Source: Eledone cirrhosa
Taxonomy: Eukaryota
DNA: 64,000 nucleotides
Direction of reading: 5' to 3'
NCBI GenBank assembly: GCA_964016885.1
Contig: OZ024743.1
Location: 186,000,001 to 186,064,000, forward strand
Under the pieces are notes generated by a model. That model was not told the DNA's origin, made no database searches, and saw only the letters and a list, made by a program, of their open reading frames with translations. Positions 1 to 14,899 of this stretch are shown here, piece by piece; the first letter of the stretch is position 1, and each line of letters starts with the position of its first letter. The position numbers were made by a program, and so were the translations under genes.

Positions 1-2399
1 TATCCTACAACAGTCTTATCCCACTACATTACTATCCTACAACAGTCTTATCCCACTACATTACTATCCTACAACAGTCTTATCCCACTACATTACTATC
101 CTACAACAGTCTTATCCCACTACATTACTATCCTACAACAGTCTTATTCCACTACATTACTATCCTACAACAGTCTTATTCCACTACATTACTATCCTAC
201 AACAGTCTTATCCCACTACATTACTATCCTACTTAAGTCTTATCCCACTACATTACTATTCTACTTAAGTCTTATCCCACTACATTACTATCCTACTTAA
301 GTCTTATCCCACTACATTACTATTCTACTTAAGTCTTATCCCACTACATTACTATCCTACAACAGTCTTATACCACTACATTACTATTCTACTTAAGTCT
401 TATCCCACTACATTACTATCCTACAACAGTCTTATCCCACTACATTACTATTCTACTTAAGTCTTATCCCACTACATTACTATCCTACAACAGTCTTATC
501 CCACTACATTACTATCCTACAACAGTCTTATCCCACTACATTACTATCCTACAACAGTCTTATCCCACTACATTACTATCCTACTTAAGTCTTATCCCAC
601 TACGTTACTATCCTACTTAAGTCTTATCCCACTACATTACTATCCTACTTAAGTCTTATTCCACTACATTACTATCCTACAACAGTCTTATCCCACTACA
701 TTACTATCCTACAACAGTCTTATCCCACTACATTACTATCCTACAACAGTCTTATTCCACTACATTACTATCCTACAACAGTCTTATTCCACTACATTAC
801 TATCCTACAACAGTCTTATCCCACTACATTACTATCCTACTTAAGTCTTATCCCACTACATTACTATTCTACTTAAGTCTTATCCCACTACATTACTATT
901 CTACTTAAGTCTTATCCCACTACATTACTATTCTACTTAAGTCTTATCCCACTACATTACTATCCTACAACAGTCTTATCCCACTACATTACTATTCTAC
1001 TTAAGTCTTATCCCACTACATTACTATCCTACAACAGTCTTATCCCACTACATTACTATCCTACAACAGTCTTATCCCACTACGTTACTATCCTACTTAA
1101 GTCTTATCCCACTACATTACTATCCGACAACAGTCTTATCCCACTACATTACTATCCTACTTAAGTCTTATCCCACTACATTACTATTCTACTTAAGTCT
1201 TATCCCACTACATTACTATTCTACTTAAGTCTTATCCCACTACATTACTATCCTACAACAGTCTTATCCCACTACATTACTATCCTACTTAAGTCTTATC
1301 CCACTACATTACTATTCTACTTAAGTCTTATCCCACTACATTACTATTCTACTTAAGTCTTATCCCACTACATTACTATTCTACTTAAGTCTTATCCCAC
1401 TACATTACTATTCTACTTAAGTCTTATCCCACTACATTACTATCCTACTTAAGTCTTATCCCACTACATTACTATCCTACTTAAGTCTTATCCTACTACA
1501 TTACTATCCGACAACAGTCTTATCCCAATACATTACTATCCTACTAAAGTCTTATCCCACTACATTACTATCCTACAACAGTCTTATCCCACTACATTAC
1601 TATCCTACTTAAGTCTTATCCCACTACATTACTATCCTACTTAAGTCTTATCCTACTACATTACTATCCGACAACAGTCTTATCCCACTACATTACTATC
1701 CTACTTAAGTCTTATCCCACTACATTACTATTCTACAACAGTCTTATCCCACTACATTACTATCCTATAACAGTCTTATCCCACTACATTACTATCCTAT
1801 AACAGTCTTATCCCACTACATTACTATCCTACAACAGTCTTATCCCACTACATTACTATCCTATAACAGTCTTATCCCACTACATTACTATCCTACAACA
1901 GTCTTATCCCACTACATTACTATCCTACAACAGTCTTATCCCACTACATTACTATTCTACTTAAGTCTTATCCCACTACATTACTATCCTACAACAGTCT
2001 TATCCCACTACATTACTATCCTACAACAGTCTTATCCCACTACATTACTATCCTACAACAGTCTTATCCCACTACGTTACTATTCTACTTAAGTCTTATC
2101 CCACTACATTACTATCCTACAACAGTCTTATCCCACTACATTACTATCCTACAACAGTCTTATCCCACTACATTACTATCCTACAACAGTCTTATCCCAC
2201 TATATTACTATCCTACAACAGTCTTATCCCACTACATTACTATCCTACAACAGTCTTATCCCACTACATTACTATCCTACAACAGTCTTATCCCACTACA
2301 TTACTATCCTACAACAGTCTTATCCCACTACATTACTATTCTACAACAGTCTTATCCCACTACATTACTATCCTACAACAGTCTTATCCCACTACATTA

Positions 2400-5300
2400 C
2401 TATCCTACAACAGTCTTATCCCACTACATTACTATCCTACAACAGTCTTATCCCACTACATTACTATTCTACTTAAGTCTTATCCCACTACATTACTATC
2501 CTACAACAGTCTTATCCCACTACATTACTATTCTACTTAAGTCTTATCCCACTACATTACTATCCTACTTAAGTCTTATTCCACTACATTACTATCCTAC
2601 AACAGTCTTATCCCACTACATTACTATTCTACTTAAGTCTTATCCCACTACATTACTATTCTACTTAAGTCTTATCCCACTACTTTACTATCCTACAACA
2701 GTCTTATCCCACTACATTACTATCCTACAACAGTCTTATCCCACTACATTACTATCCTACAACAGTCTTATCCCACTACATTACTATCCTACAACAGTCT
2801 TATCCCACTACATTACTATTCTACTTAAGTCTTATTCCACTACATTACTATCCTACTTAAGTCTTATCCCACTACATTACTATCCTACTAAAGTCTTATC
2901 CCACTATATTACTATCCTACTTAAGTCTTATCCCACTACATTACTATCCTACTTAAGTCTTATCCCACTACATTACTATCCTACTTAAGTCTTATCCCAC
3001 TACATTACTATTCTACTTAAGTCTTATCCCACTACATTACTATCCTACAACAGTCTTATCCCACTACATTACTATCCTACAACAGTCTTATCCCACTACA
3101 TTACTATCCTACAACAGTCTTATCCCACTACATTACTATCCTACTTAAGTCTTATCACGCTACATTACTATCCGACAACAGTCTTATCCCACTACATTAC
3201 TATACTACAACAGTCTTATCCCACTACATTACTATCCTACAACAGTCTTATCCCACTACATTACTATTCTACTTAAGTCTTATCCCACTACATTACTATC
3301 CTACAACAGTCTTATCCCACTACATTACTATCCTACTTAAGTCTTATCCCACTACATTACTATTCTACTTAAGTCTTATCCCACTACATTACTATCCTAC
3401 AACAGTCTTATCCCACTACATTACTATCCTACTTAAGTCTTATCCCACTACATTACTATTCTACTTAAGTCTTATCCCACTACATTACTATTCTACTTAA
3501 GTCTTATCCCACTACATTACTATTCTACTTAAGTCTTATCCCACTACATTACTATCCTACTTAAGTCTTATCCCACTACATTACTATTCTACTTAAGTCT
3601 TATCCCACTACATTACTATCCTACAACAGTCTTATCCCACTACATTACTATCCTACAACAGTCTTATCCCACTACATTACAATCCTACTTAAGTCTTATC
3701 CCACTACATTACTATCCTACTTAAGTCTTATCCCACTACATTACTATCCGACAACAGTCTTATCCCACTACATTACTATCCTACTTAAGTCTTATCCCAC
3801 TACATTACTATTCTACTTAAGTCTTATCCCACTACATTACTATCCTACAACAGTCTTATCCCACTACATTACTATCCTACAACAGTCTTATCCCACTACA
3901 TTACTATTCTACTTAAGTCTTATCCCACTACATTACTATCCTATAACAGTCTTATCCCACTACATTACTATCCTACAACAGTCTTATCCCACTACATTAC
4001 TATCCTATAACAGTCTTATCCCACTACATTACTATCCTACAACAGTCTTATCCCACTACATTACTATCCTACAACAGTCTTATCCCACTACATTACTATT
4101 CTACTTAAGTCTTATCCCACTACATTACTATTCTACTTAAGTCTTATCCCACTACATTACTATCCTACAACAGTCTTATCCCACTACATTACTATCCTAC
4201 AACAGTCTTATCCCACTACATTACTATCCTACAACAGTCTTATCCCACTACATTACTATTCTACTTAAGTCTTATCCCACTACATTTCTATCCTACTTAA
4301 GTCTTATCCCACTACATTACTATCCTATAACAGTCTTATCCCACTACATTACTATCCTACAACAGTCTTATCCCACTACATTACTATCCTATAACAGTCT
4401 TATCCCACTACGTTACTATCCTACAACAGTCTTATCCCACTACATTACTATCCTACAACAGTCTTATCCCACTACATTACTATCCTACAACAGTCTTATC
4501 CCACTACATTACTATTCTACTTAAGTCTTATCCCACTACATTACTATCCTACAACAGTCTTATCCCACTACATTACTATCCTACAACAGTCTTATCCCAC
4601 TACATTACTATTCTACTTAAGTCTTATCCCACTACATTACTATCCTACAACAGTCTTATCCCACTACATTACTATCCTACAACAGTCTTATCCCACTACA
4701 TTACTATCCTACAACAGTCTTATCCCACTATATTACTATCCTACAACAGTCTTATCCCACTACATTACTATCCTACAACAGTCTTATCCCACTACATTAC
4801 TATCCTACAACAGTCTTATCCCACTACATTACTATCCTACAACAGTCTTATCCCACTACATTACTATTCTACAACAGTCTTATCCCACTACATTACTATC
4901 CTACAACAGTCTTATCCGACTACATTACTATTCTACTTAAGTCTTATTCCACTACATTACTATCCTACTTAAGTCTTATCCCACTACATTACTATCCTAG
5001 TAAAGTCTTATCCCACTATATTACTATCCTACTTAAGTCTTATCCCACTACATTACTATCCTACTTAAGTCTTATCCCACTACATTACTATCCTACTTAA
5101 GTCTTATCCCACTACATTACTATTCTACTTAAGTCTTATCCCACTACATTACTATCCTACAACAGTCTTATCCCACTACATTACTATCCTACAACAGTCT
5201 TATCCCACTACATTACTATCCTACAACAGTCTTATCCCACTACATTACTATCCTACTTAAGTCTTATCCCACTACATTACTATCCTACTTAAGTCTTATC

Positions 5301-8300
5301 ACACTACATTACTATCCGACAACAGTCTTATCCCACTACATTACTATACTACAACAGTCTTATCCCACTACATTACTATCCTACAACAGTCTTATCCCAC
5401 TACATTACTATTCTACTTAAGTCTTATCACACTACATTACTATCCTACAACAGTCTTATCCCACTACATTACTATCCTACTTAAGTCTTATCCCACTACA
5501 TTACTATTCTACTTAAGTCTTATCCCACTACATTACTATCCTACAACAGTCTTATCCCACTACATTACTATCCTACTTAAGTCTTATCCCACTACATTAC
5601 TATTCTACTTAAGTCTTATCCCACTACATTACTATTCTACTTAAGTCTTATCCCACTACATTACTATTCTACTTAAGTCTTATCCCACTACATTACTATC
5701 CTACTTAAGTCTTATCCCACTACATTACTATTCTACTTAAGTCTTATCCCACTACATTACTATTCTACAACAGTCTTATCCCACTACATTACTATCCTAC
5801 AACAGTCTTATCCCACTACATTACTATCCTACTTAAGTCTTATCCCACTACATTACTATCCTACTTAAGTCTTATCCCACTACATTACTATCCGACAACA
5901 GTCTTATCCCACTACATTACTATCCTACAACAGTCTTATCCCACTACATTACTATTCTACTTAAGTCTTATCCCACTACATTACTATCCTACAACAGTCT
6001 TATCCCACTACATTTACTATTCTACTTAAGTCTTATCCCACTACATTACTATCCTATAACAGTCTTATCCCACTACATTACTATCCTACAACAGTCTTAT
6101 CCGACTACATTACTATTCTACTTAAGTCTTATCCCACTACATTACTATCCGACAACAGTCTTATCCCACTACATTACTATCCTACAACAGTCTTATCCCA
6201 CTACATTACTATTCTACTTAAGTCTTATCCCACTACATTACTATCCGACAACAGTCTTATCCCACTACATTACTATCCTACAACAGTCTTATCCCACTAC
6301 ATTACTATTCTACAACAGTCTTATCCCACTACATTACTATTCTACTTAAGTCTTATCCCACTACATTACTATCCTACAACAGTCTTATCCGACTACATTA
6401 CTATTCTACTTAAGTCTTATTCCACTACATTACTATTCTACAACAGTCTTATCCCACTACATTACTATCCTACAACAGTCTTATCCCACTACATTACTAT
6501 TCTACTTAAGTCTTATCCCACTACATTACATCCTACAACAGTCTTATCCCACTACATTACTATCCTACAACAGTCTTATCCCACTACATTACTATCCTAC
6601 AACAGTCTTATCCCACTACATTACTATCCTACAACAGTCTTATCCCACTACATTACTATTCTACAACAGTCTTATCCCACTACATTACTATCCTATAACA
6701 GTCTTATCCCACTACATTACTATCCTATAACAGTCTTATCCCACTACATTACTATCCTACAACAGTCTTATCCCACTACATTACTATCCTATAACAGTCT
6801 TATCCCACTACATTACTATCCTACAACAGTCTTATCCCACTACATTACTATCCTACAACAGTCTTATCCCACTACATTACTATTCTACTTAGTCTTATCC
6901 CACTACATTACTATCCTACAACAGTCTTATCCCACTACATTACTATCCTACAACAGTCTTATCCCACTACATTACTATCCTACAACAGTCTTATCCCACT
7001 ACGTTACTATTCTACTTAAGTCTTATCCACTACATTACTATCCTACAACAGTCTTATCCCACTACATTACTATCCTACAACAGTCTTATCCCACTACATT
7101 ACTATCCTCCTACAACAGTCTTATCCCACTATATTACTATCCTACAACAGTCTTATCCCACTACATTACTATCCTACAACAGTCTTATCCCACTACATTA
7201 CTATCCTACAACAGTCTTATCCCACTACATTACTATCCTACAACAGTCTTATCCCACTACATTACTATTCTACAACAGTCTTATCCCACTACATTACTAT
7301 CCTACAACAGTCTTATCCCACTACATTACTATCCTACAACAGTCTTATCCCACTACATTACTATCCTACAACAGTCTTATCCCACTACATTACTATTCTA
7401 CTTAAGTCTTATCCCACTACATTACTATCCTACAACAGTCTTATCCCACTACATTACTATTCTACTTAAGTCTTATCCCACTACATTACTATCCTACTTA
7501 AGTCTTATTCCACTACATTACTATCCTACAACAGTCTTATCCCACTACATTACTATTCTACTTAAGTCTTATCCCACTACATTACTATTCTACTTAAGTC
7601 TTATCCCACTACTTTACTATCCTACAACAGTCTTATCCCACTACATTACTATCCTACAACAGTCTTATCCCACTACATTACTATCCTACAACAGTCTTAT
7701 CCCACTACATTACTATCCTACAACAGTCTTATCCCACTACATTACTATTCTACTTAAGTCTTATTCCACTACATTACTATCCTACTTAAGTCTTATCCCA
7801 CTACATTACTATCCTACTAAAGTCTTATCCCACTATATTACTATCCTACTTAAGTCTTATCCCACTACATTACTATCCTACTTAAGTCTTATCCCACTAC
7901 ATTACTATCCTACTTAAGTCTTATCCCACTACATTACTATTCTACTTAAGTCTTATCCCACTACATTACTATCCTACAACAGTCTTATCCCACTACATTA
8001 CTATCCTACAACAGTCTTATCCCACTACATTACTATCCTACAACAGTCTTATCCCACTACATTACTATCCTACTTAAGTCTTATCACACTACATTACTAT
8101 CCGACAACAGTCTTATCCACTACATTACTATACTACAACAGTCTTATCCCACTACATTACTATCCTACAACAGTCTTATCCCACTACATTACTATTCTAC
8201 TTAAGTCTTATCCCACTACATTACTATCCTACAACAGTCTTATCCCACTACATTACTATCCTACTTAAGTCTTATCCCACTACATTACTATTCTACTTAA

Positions 8301-11300
8301 GTCTTATCCCACTACATTACTATCCTACAACAGTCTTATCCCACTACATTACTATCCTACTTAAGTCTTATCCCAGTACATTACTATTCTACTTAAGTCT
8401 TATCCCACTACATTACTATCCTACAACAGTCTTATCCCACTACATTACTATTCTACTTAAGTCTTATCCCACTACATTACTATCCTACAACAGTCTTATC
8501 CCACTACATTACTATTCTACTTAAGTCTTATCCCACTACATTACTATCCTACTTAAGTCTTATTCCACTACATTACTATCCTACAACAGTCTTATCCACT
8601 ACATTACTATTCTACTTAAGTCTTATCCCACTACATTACTATTCTACTTAAGTCTTATCCCACTACTTTACTATCCTACAACAGTCTTATCCCACTACAT
8701 TACTATCCTACAACAGTCTTATCCCACTACATTACTATCCTACAACAGTCTTATCCCACTACATTACTATCCTACAACAGTCTTATCCCACTACATTACT
8801 ATTCTACTTAAGTCTTATTCCACTACATTACTATCCTACTTAAGTCTTATCCCACTACATTACTATCCTACTAAAGTCTTATCCCACTATATTACTATCC
8901 TACTTAAGTCTTATCCCACTACATTACTATCCTACTTAAGTCTTATCCCACTACATTACTATCCTACTTAAGTCTTATCCCACTACATTACTATTCTACT
9001 TAAGTCTTATCCCACTACATTACTATCCTACAACAGTCTTATCCCACTACATTACTATCCTACAACAGTCTTATCCCACTACATTACTATCCTACAACAG
9101 TCTTATCCCACTACATTACTATCCTACTTAAGTCTTATCACGCTACATTACTATCCGACAACAGTCTTATCCCACTACATTACTATACTACAACAGTCTT
9201 ATCCCACTACATTACTATCCTACAACAGTCTTATCCCACTACATTACTATTCTACTTAAGTCTTATCCCACTACATTACTATCCTACAACAGTCTTATCC
9301 ACTACATTACTATCCTACTTAAGTCTTATCCCACTACATTACTATTCTACTTAAGTCTTATCCCACTACATTACTATCCTACAACAGTCTTATCCCACTA
9401 CATTACTATCCTACTTAAGTCTTATCCCACTACATTACTATTCTACTTAAGTCTTATCCCACTACATTACTATTCTACTTAAGTCTTATCCCACTACATT
9501 ACTATTCTACTTAAGTCTTATCCCACTACATTACTATCCTACTTAAGTCTTATCCCACTACATTACTATTCTACTTAAGTCTTATCCCACTACATTACTA
9601 TCCTACAACAGTCTTATCCCACTACATTACTATCCTACAACAGTCTTATCCCACTACATTACAATCCTACTTAAGTCTTATCCCACTACATTACTATCCT
9701 ACTTAAGTCTTATCCCACTACATTACTATCCGACAACAGTCTTATCCCACTACATTACTATCCTACTTAAGTCTTATCCCACTACATTACTATTCTACTT
9801 AAGTCTTATCCCACTACATTACTATCCTACAACAGTCTTATCCCACTACATTACTATCCTACAACAGTCTTATCCACTACATTACTATTCTACTTAAGTC
9901 TTATCCCACTACATTACTATCCTATAACAGTCTTATCCCACTACATTACTATCCTACAACAGTCTTATCCCACTACATTACTATCCTATAACAGTCTTAT
10001 CCCACTACATTACTATCCTACAACAGTCTTATCCCACTACATTACTATCCTACAACAGTCTTATCCCACTACATTACTATTCTACTTAAGTCTTATCCCA
10101 CTACATTACTATTCTACTTAAGTCTTATCCCACTACATTACTATCCTACAACAGTCTTATCCCACTACATTACTATCCTACAACAGTCTTATCCCACTAC
10201 ATTACTATCCTACAACAGTCTTATCCCACTACATTACTATTCTACTTAAGTCTTATCCCACTACATTACTATCCTACTTAAGTCTTATCCCACTACATTA
10301 CTATCCTATAACAGTCTTATCCCACTACATTACTATCCTACAACAGTCTTATCCCACTACATTACTATCCTATAACAGTCTTATCCCACTACGTTACTAT
10401 CCTACAACAGTCTTATCCCACTACATTACTATCCTACAACAGTCTTATCCCACTACATTACTATCCTACAACAGTCTTATCCCACTACATTACTATTCTA
10501 CTTAAGTCTTATCCCACTACATTACTATCCTACAGCAGTCTTATCCCACTACATTACTATCCTACAACAGTCTTATCCCACTACATTACTATTCTACTTA
10601 AGTCTTATCCCACTACATTACTATCCTACAACAGTCTTATCCCACTACATTACTATCCTACAACAGTCTTATCCCACTACATTACTATCCTACAACAGTC
10701 TTATCCCACTATATTACTATCCTACAACAGTCTTATCCCACTACATTACTATCCTACAACAGTCTTATCCCACTACATTACTATCCTACAACAGTCTTAT
10801 CCCACTACATTACTATCCTACAACAGTCTTATCCCACTACATTACTATTCTACAACAGTCTTATCCCACTACATTACTATCCTACAACAGTCTTATCCGA
10901 CTACATTACTATTCTACTTAAGTCTTATTCCACTACATTACTATCCTACTTAAGTCTTATCCCACTACATTACTATCCTAGTAAAGTCTTATCCCACTAT
11001 ATTACTATCCTACTTAAGTCTTATCCCACTACATTACTATCCTACTTAAGTCTTATCCCACTACATTACTATCCTACTTAAGTCTTTTCCCACTACATTA
11101 CTATTCTACTTAAGTCTTATCCCACTACATTACTATCCTACAACAGTCTTATCCCACTACATTACTATCCTACAACAGTCTTATCCCACTACATTACTAT
11201 CCTACTTAAGTCTTATCACACTACATTACTATCCTACAACAGTCTTATCCCACTACATTACTATCCTACAACAGTCTTATCCCACTACATTACTATCCTA

Positions 11301-14300
11301 CAACAGTCTTATCCCACTACATTACTATCCTACTTAAGTCTTATCCCACTACATTACTATCCTACTTAAGTCTTATCACACTACATTACTATCCGACAAC
11401 AGTCTTATCCCACTACATTACTGTACTACAACAGTCTTATCCCACTACATTACTATCCTACAACAGTCTTATCCCACTACATTACTATTCTACTTAAGTC
11501 TTATCACACTACATTACTATCCTACAACAGTCTTATCCCACTACATTACTATCCTACTTAAGTCTTATCCCACTACATTACTATTCTACTTAAGTCTTAT
11601 CCCACTACATTACTATCCTACAACAGTCTTATCCCACTACATTACTATCCTACTTAAGTCTTATCCCACTACATTACTATTCTACTTAAGTCTTATCCCA
11701 CTACATTACTATTCTACTTAAGTCTTATCCCACTACATTACTATTCTACTTAAGTCTTATCCCACTACATTACTATCCTACTTAAGTCTTATCCCACTAC
11801 ATTACTATTCTACTTAAGTCTTATCCCACTACATTACTATTCTACAACAGTCTTATCCCACTACATTACTATCCTACAACAGTCTTATCCCACTACATTA
11901 CTATCCTACTTAAGTCTTATCCCACTACATTACTATCCTACTTAAGTCTTATCCCACTACATTACTATCCGACAACAGTCTTATCCCACTACATTACTAT
12001 CCTACAACAGTCTTATCCCACTACATTACTATTCTACTTAAGTCTTATCCCACTACATTACTATCCTACAACAGTCTTATCCCACTACATTACTATTCTA
12101 CTTAAGTCTTATCCCACTACATTACTATCCTATAACAGTCTTATCCCACTACATTACTATCCTACAACAGTCTTATCCGACTACATTACTATTCTACTTA
12201 AGTCTTATCCCACTACATTACTATCCGACAACAGTCTTATCCCACTACATTACTATCCTACAACAGTCTTATCCCACTACATTACTATTCTACTTAAGTC
12301 TTATCCCACTACATTACTATCCGACAACAGTCTTATCCCACTACATTACTATCCTACAACAGTCTTATCCCACTACATTACTATTCTACAACAGTCTTAT
12401 TCCACTACATTACTATTCTACTTAAGTCTTATCCCACTACATTACTATCCTACAACAGTCTTATCCGACTACATTACTATTCTACTTAAGTCTTATTCCA
12501 CTACATTACTATTCTACAACAGTCTTATCCCACTACATTACTATCCTACAACAGTCTTATCCCACTACATTACTATTCTACTTAAGTCTTATCCCACTAC
12601 ATTACCATCCTATAACAGTCTTATCCCACTACATTACTATCCTACAACAGTCTTATCCCACTACATTACTATCCTACAACAGTCTTATCCCACTACATTA
12701 CTATCCTACAACAGTCTTATCCCACTACATTACTATTCTACAACAGTCTTATCCCACTACATTACTATCCTATAACAGTCTTATCCCACTACATTACTAT
12801 CCTATAACAGTCTTATCCCACTACATTACTATCCTACAACAGTCTTATCCCACTACATTACTATCCTATAACAGTCTTATCCCACTACATTACTATCCTA
12901 CAACAGTCTTATCCCACTACATTACTATCCTACAACAGTCTTATCCCACTACATTACTATTCTACTTAAGTCTTATCCCACTACATTACTATCCTACAAC
13001 AGTCTTATCCCACTACATTACTATCCTACAACAGTCTTATCCCACTACATTACTATCCTACAACAGTCTTATCCCACTACGTTACTATTCTACTTAAGTC
13101 TTATCCCACTACATTACTATCCTACAACAGTCTTATCCCACTACATTACTATCCTACAACAGTCTTATCCCACTACATTACTATCCTACAACAGTCTTAT
13201 CCCACTATATTACTATCCTACAACAGTCTTATCCCACTACATTACTATCCTACAACAGTCTTATCCCACTACATTACTATCCTACAACAGTCTTATCCCA
13301 CTACATTACTATCCTACAACAGTCTTATCCCACTACATTACTATTCTACAACAGTCTTATCCCACTACATTACTATCCTACAACAGTCTTATCCCACTAC
13401 ATTACTATCCTACAACAGTCTTATCCCACTACATTACTATCCTACAACAGTCTTATCCCACTACATTACTATTCTACTTAAGTCTTATCCCACTACATTA
13501 CTATCCTACAACAGTCTTATCCCACTACATTACTATTCTACTTAAGTCTTATCCCACTACATTACTATCCTACTTAAGTCTTATTCCACTACATTACTAT
13601 CCTACAACAGTCTTATCCCACTACATTACTATTCTACTTAAGTCTTATCCCACTACATTACTATTCTACTTAAGTCTTATCCCACTACTTTACTATCCTA
13701 CAACAGTCTTATCCCACTACATTACTATCCTACAACAGTCTTATCCCACTACATTACTATCCTACAACAGTCTTATCCCACTACATTACTATCCTACAAC
13801 AGTCTTATCCCACTACATTACTATTCTACTTAAGTCTTATTCCACTACATTACTATCCTACTTAAGTCTTATCCCACTACATTACTATCCTACTAAAGTC
13901 TTATCCCACTATATTACTATCCTACTTAAGTCTTATCCCACTACATTACTATCCTACTTAAGTCTTATCCCACTACATTACTATCCTACTTAAGTCTTAT
14001 CCCACTACATTACTATTCTACTTAAGTCTTATCCCACTACATTACTATCCTACAACAGTCTTATCCCACTACATTACTATCCTACAACAGTCTTATCCCA
14101 CTACATTACTATCCTACAACAGTCTTATCCCACTACATTACTATCCTACTTAAGTCTTATCACACTACATTACTATCCGACAACAGTCTTATCCCACTAC
14201 ATTACTATACTACAACAGTCTTATCCCACTACATTACTATCCTACAACAGTCTTATCCCACTACATTACTATTCTACTTAAGTCTTATCCCACTACATTA

Positions 14301-14460
14301 CTATCCTACAACAGTCTTATCCCACTACATTACTATCCTACTTAAGTCTTATCCCACTACATTACTATTCTACTTAAGTCTTATCCCACTACATTACTAT
14401 CCTACAACAGTCTTATCCCACTACATTACTATCCTACTTAAGTCTTATCCCAGTACATTA
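2400..14460. repeat. ~6 kb (187-190 monomer) tandem block duplication: ~2400-8384 and ~8385-14460
   Basis: Paired rare variants: TATCACGCT at 3153/9136 (offset 5983), AATCCTAC at 3681/9663, CTAGTAAA monomer at 4993/10974, TATCCCAGTAC at 8369/14446 (6077), CTACTAAA monomer at 7810/13886. The second copy has 3 extra monomers near 11.2 kb. Confidence 0.8.
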
Positions 14461-14899
14461 CTATTCTACTTAAGTCTTATCCCACTACATTACTATTCTA
14501 CTTAAGTCTTATCCCACTACATTACTATTCTACTTAAGTCTTATCCCACTACATTACTATCCTACTTAAGTCTTATCCCACTACATTACTATTCTACTTA
14601 AGTCTTATCCCACTACATTACTATCCTACAACAGTCTTATCCCACTACATTACTATCCTACAACAGTCTTATCCCACTACATTACAATCCTACTTAAGTC
14701 TTATCCCACTACATTACTATCCTACTTAAGTCTTATCCCACTACATTACTATCCGACAACAGTCTTATCCCACTACATTACTATCCTACAACAGTCTTAT
14801 CCCACTACATTACTATTCTACTTAAGTCTTATCCCACTACATTACTATCCTACAACAGTCTTATCCCACTACATTACTATCCTACAACAGTCTTATCCC

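Noticed and set aside
15-20. CTTATC (GATAAG on the minus strand), a GATA-factor-like motif in almost every monomer
   Set aside because: A 6-bp match in an amplified monomer is a single chance event, the preceding base (G) departs from WGATAR, and there is no gene nearby or binding evidence.
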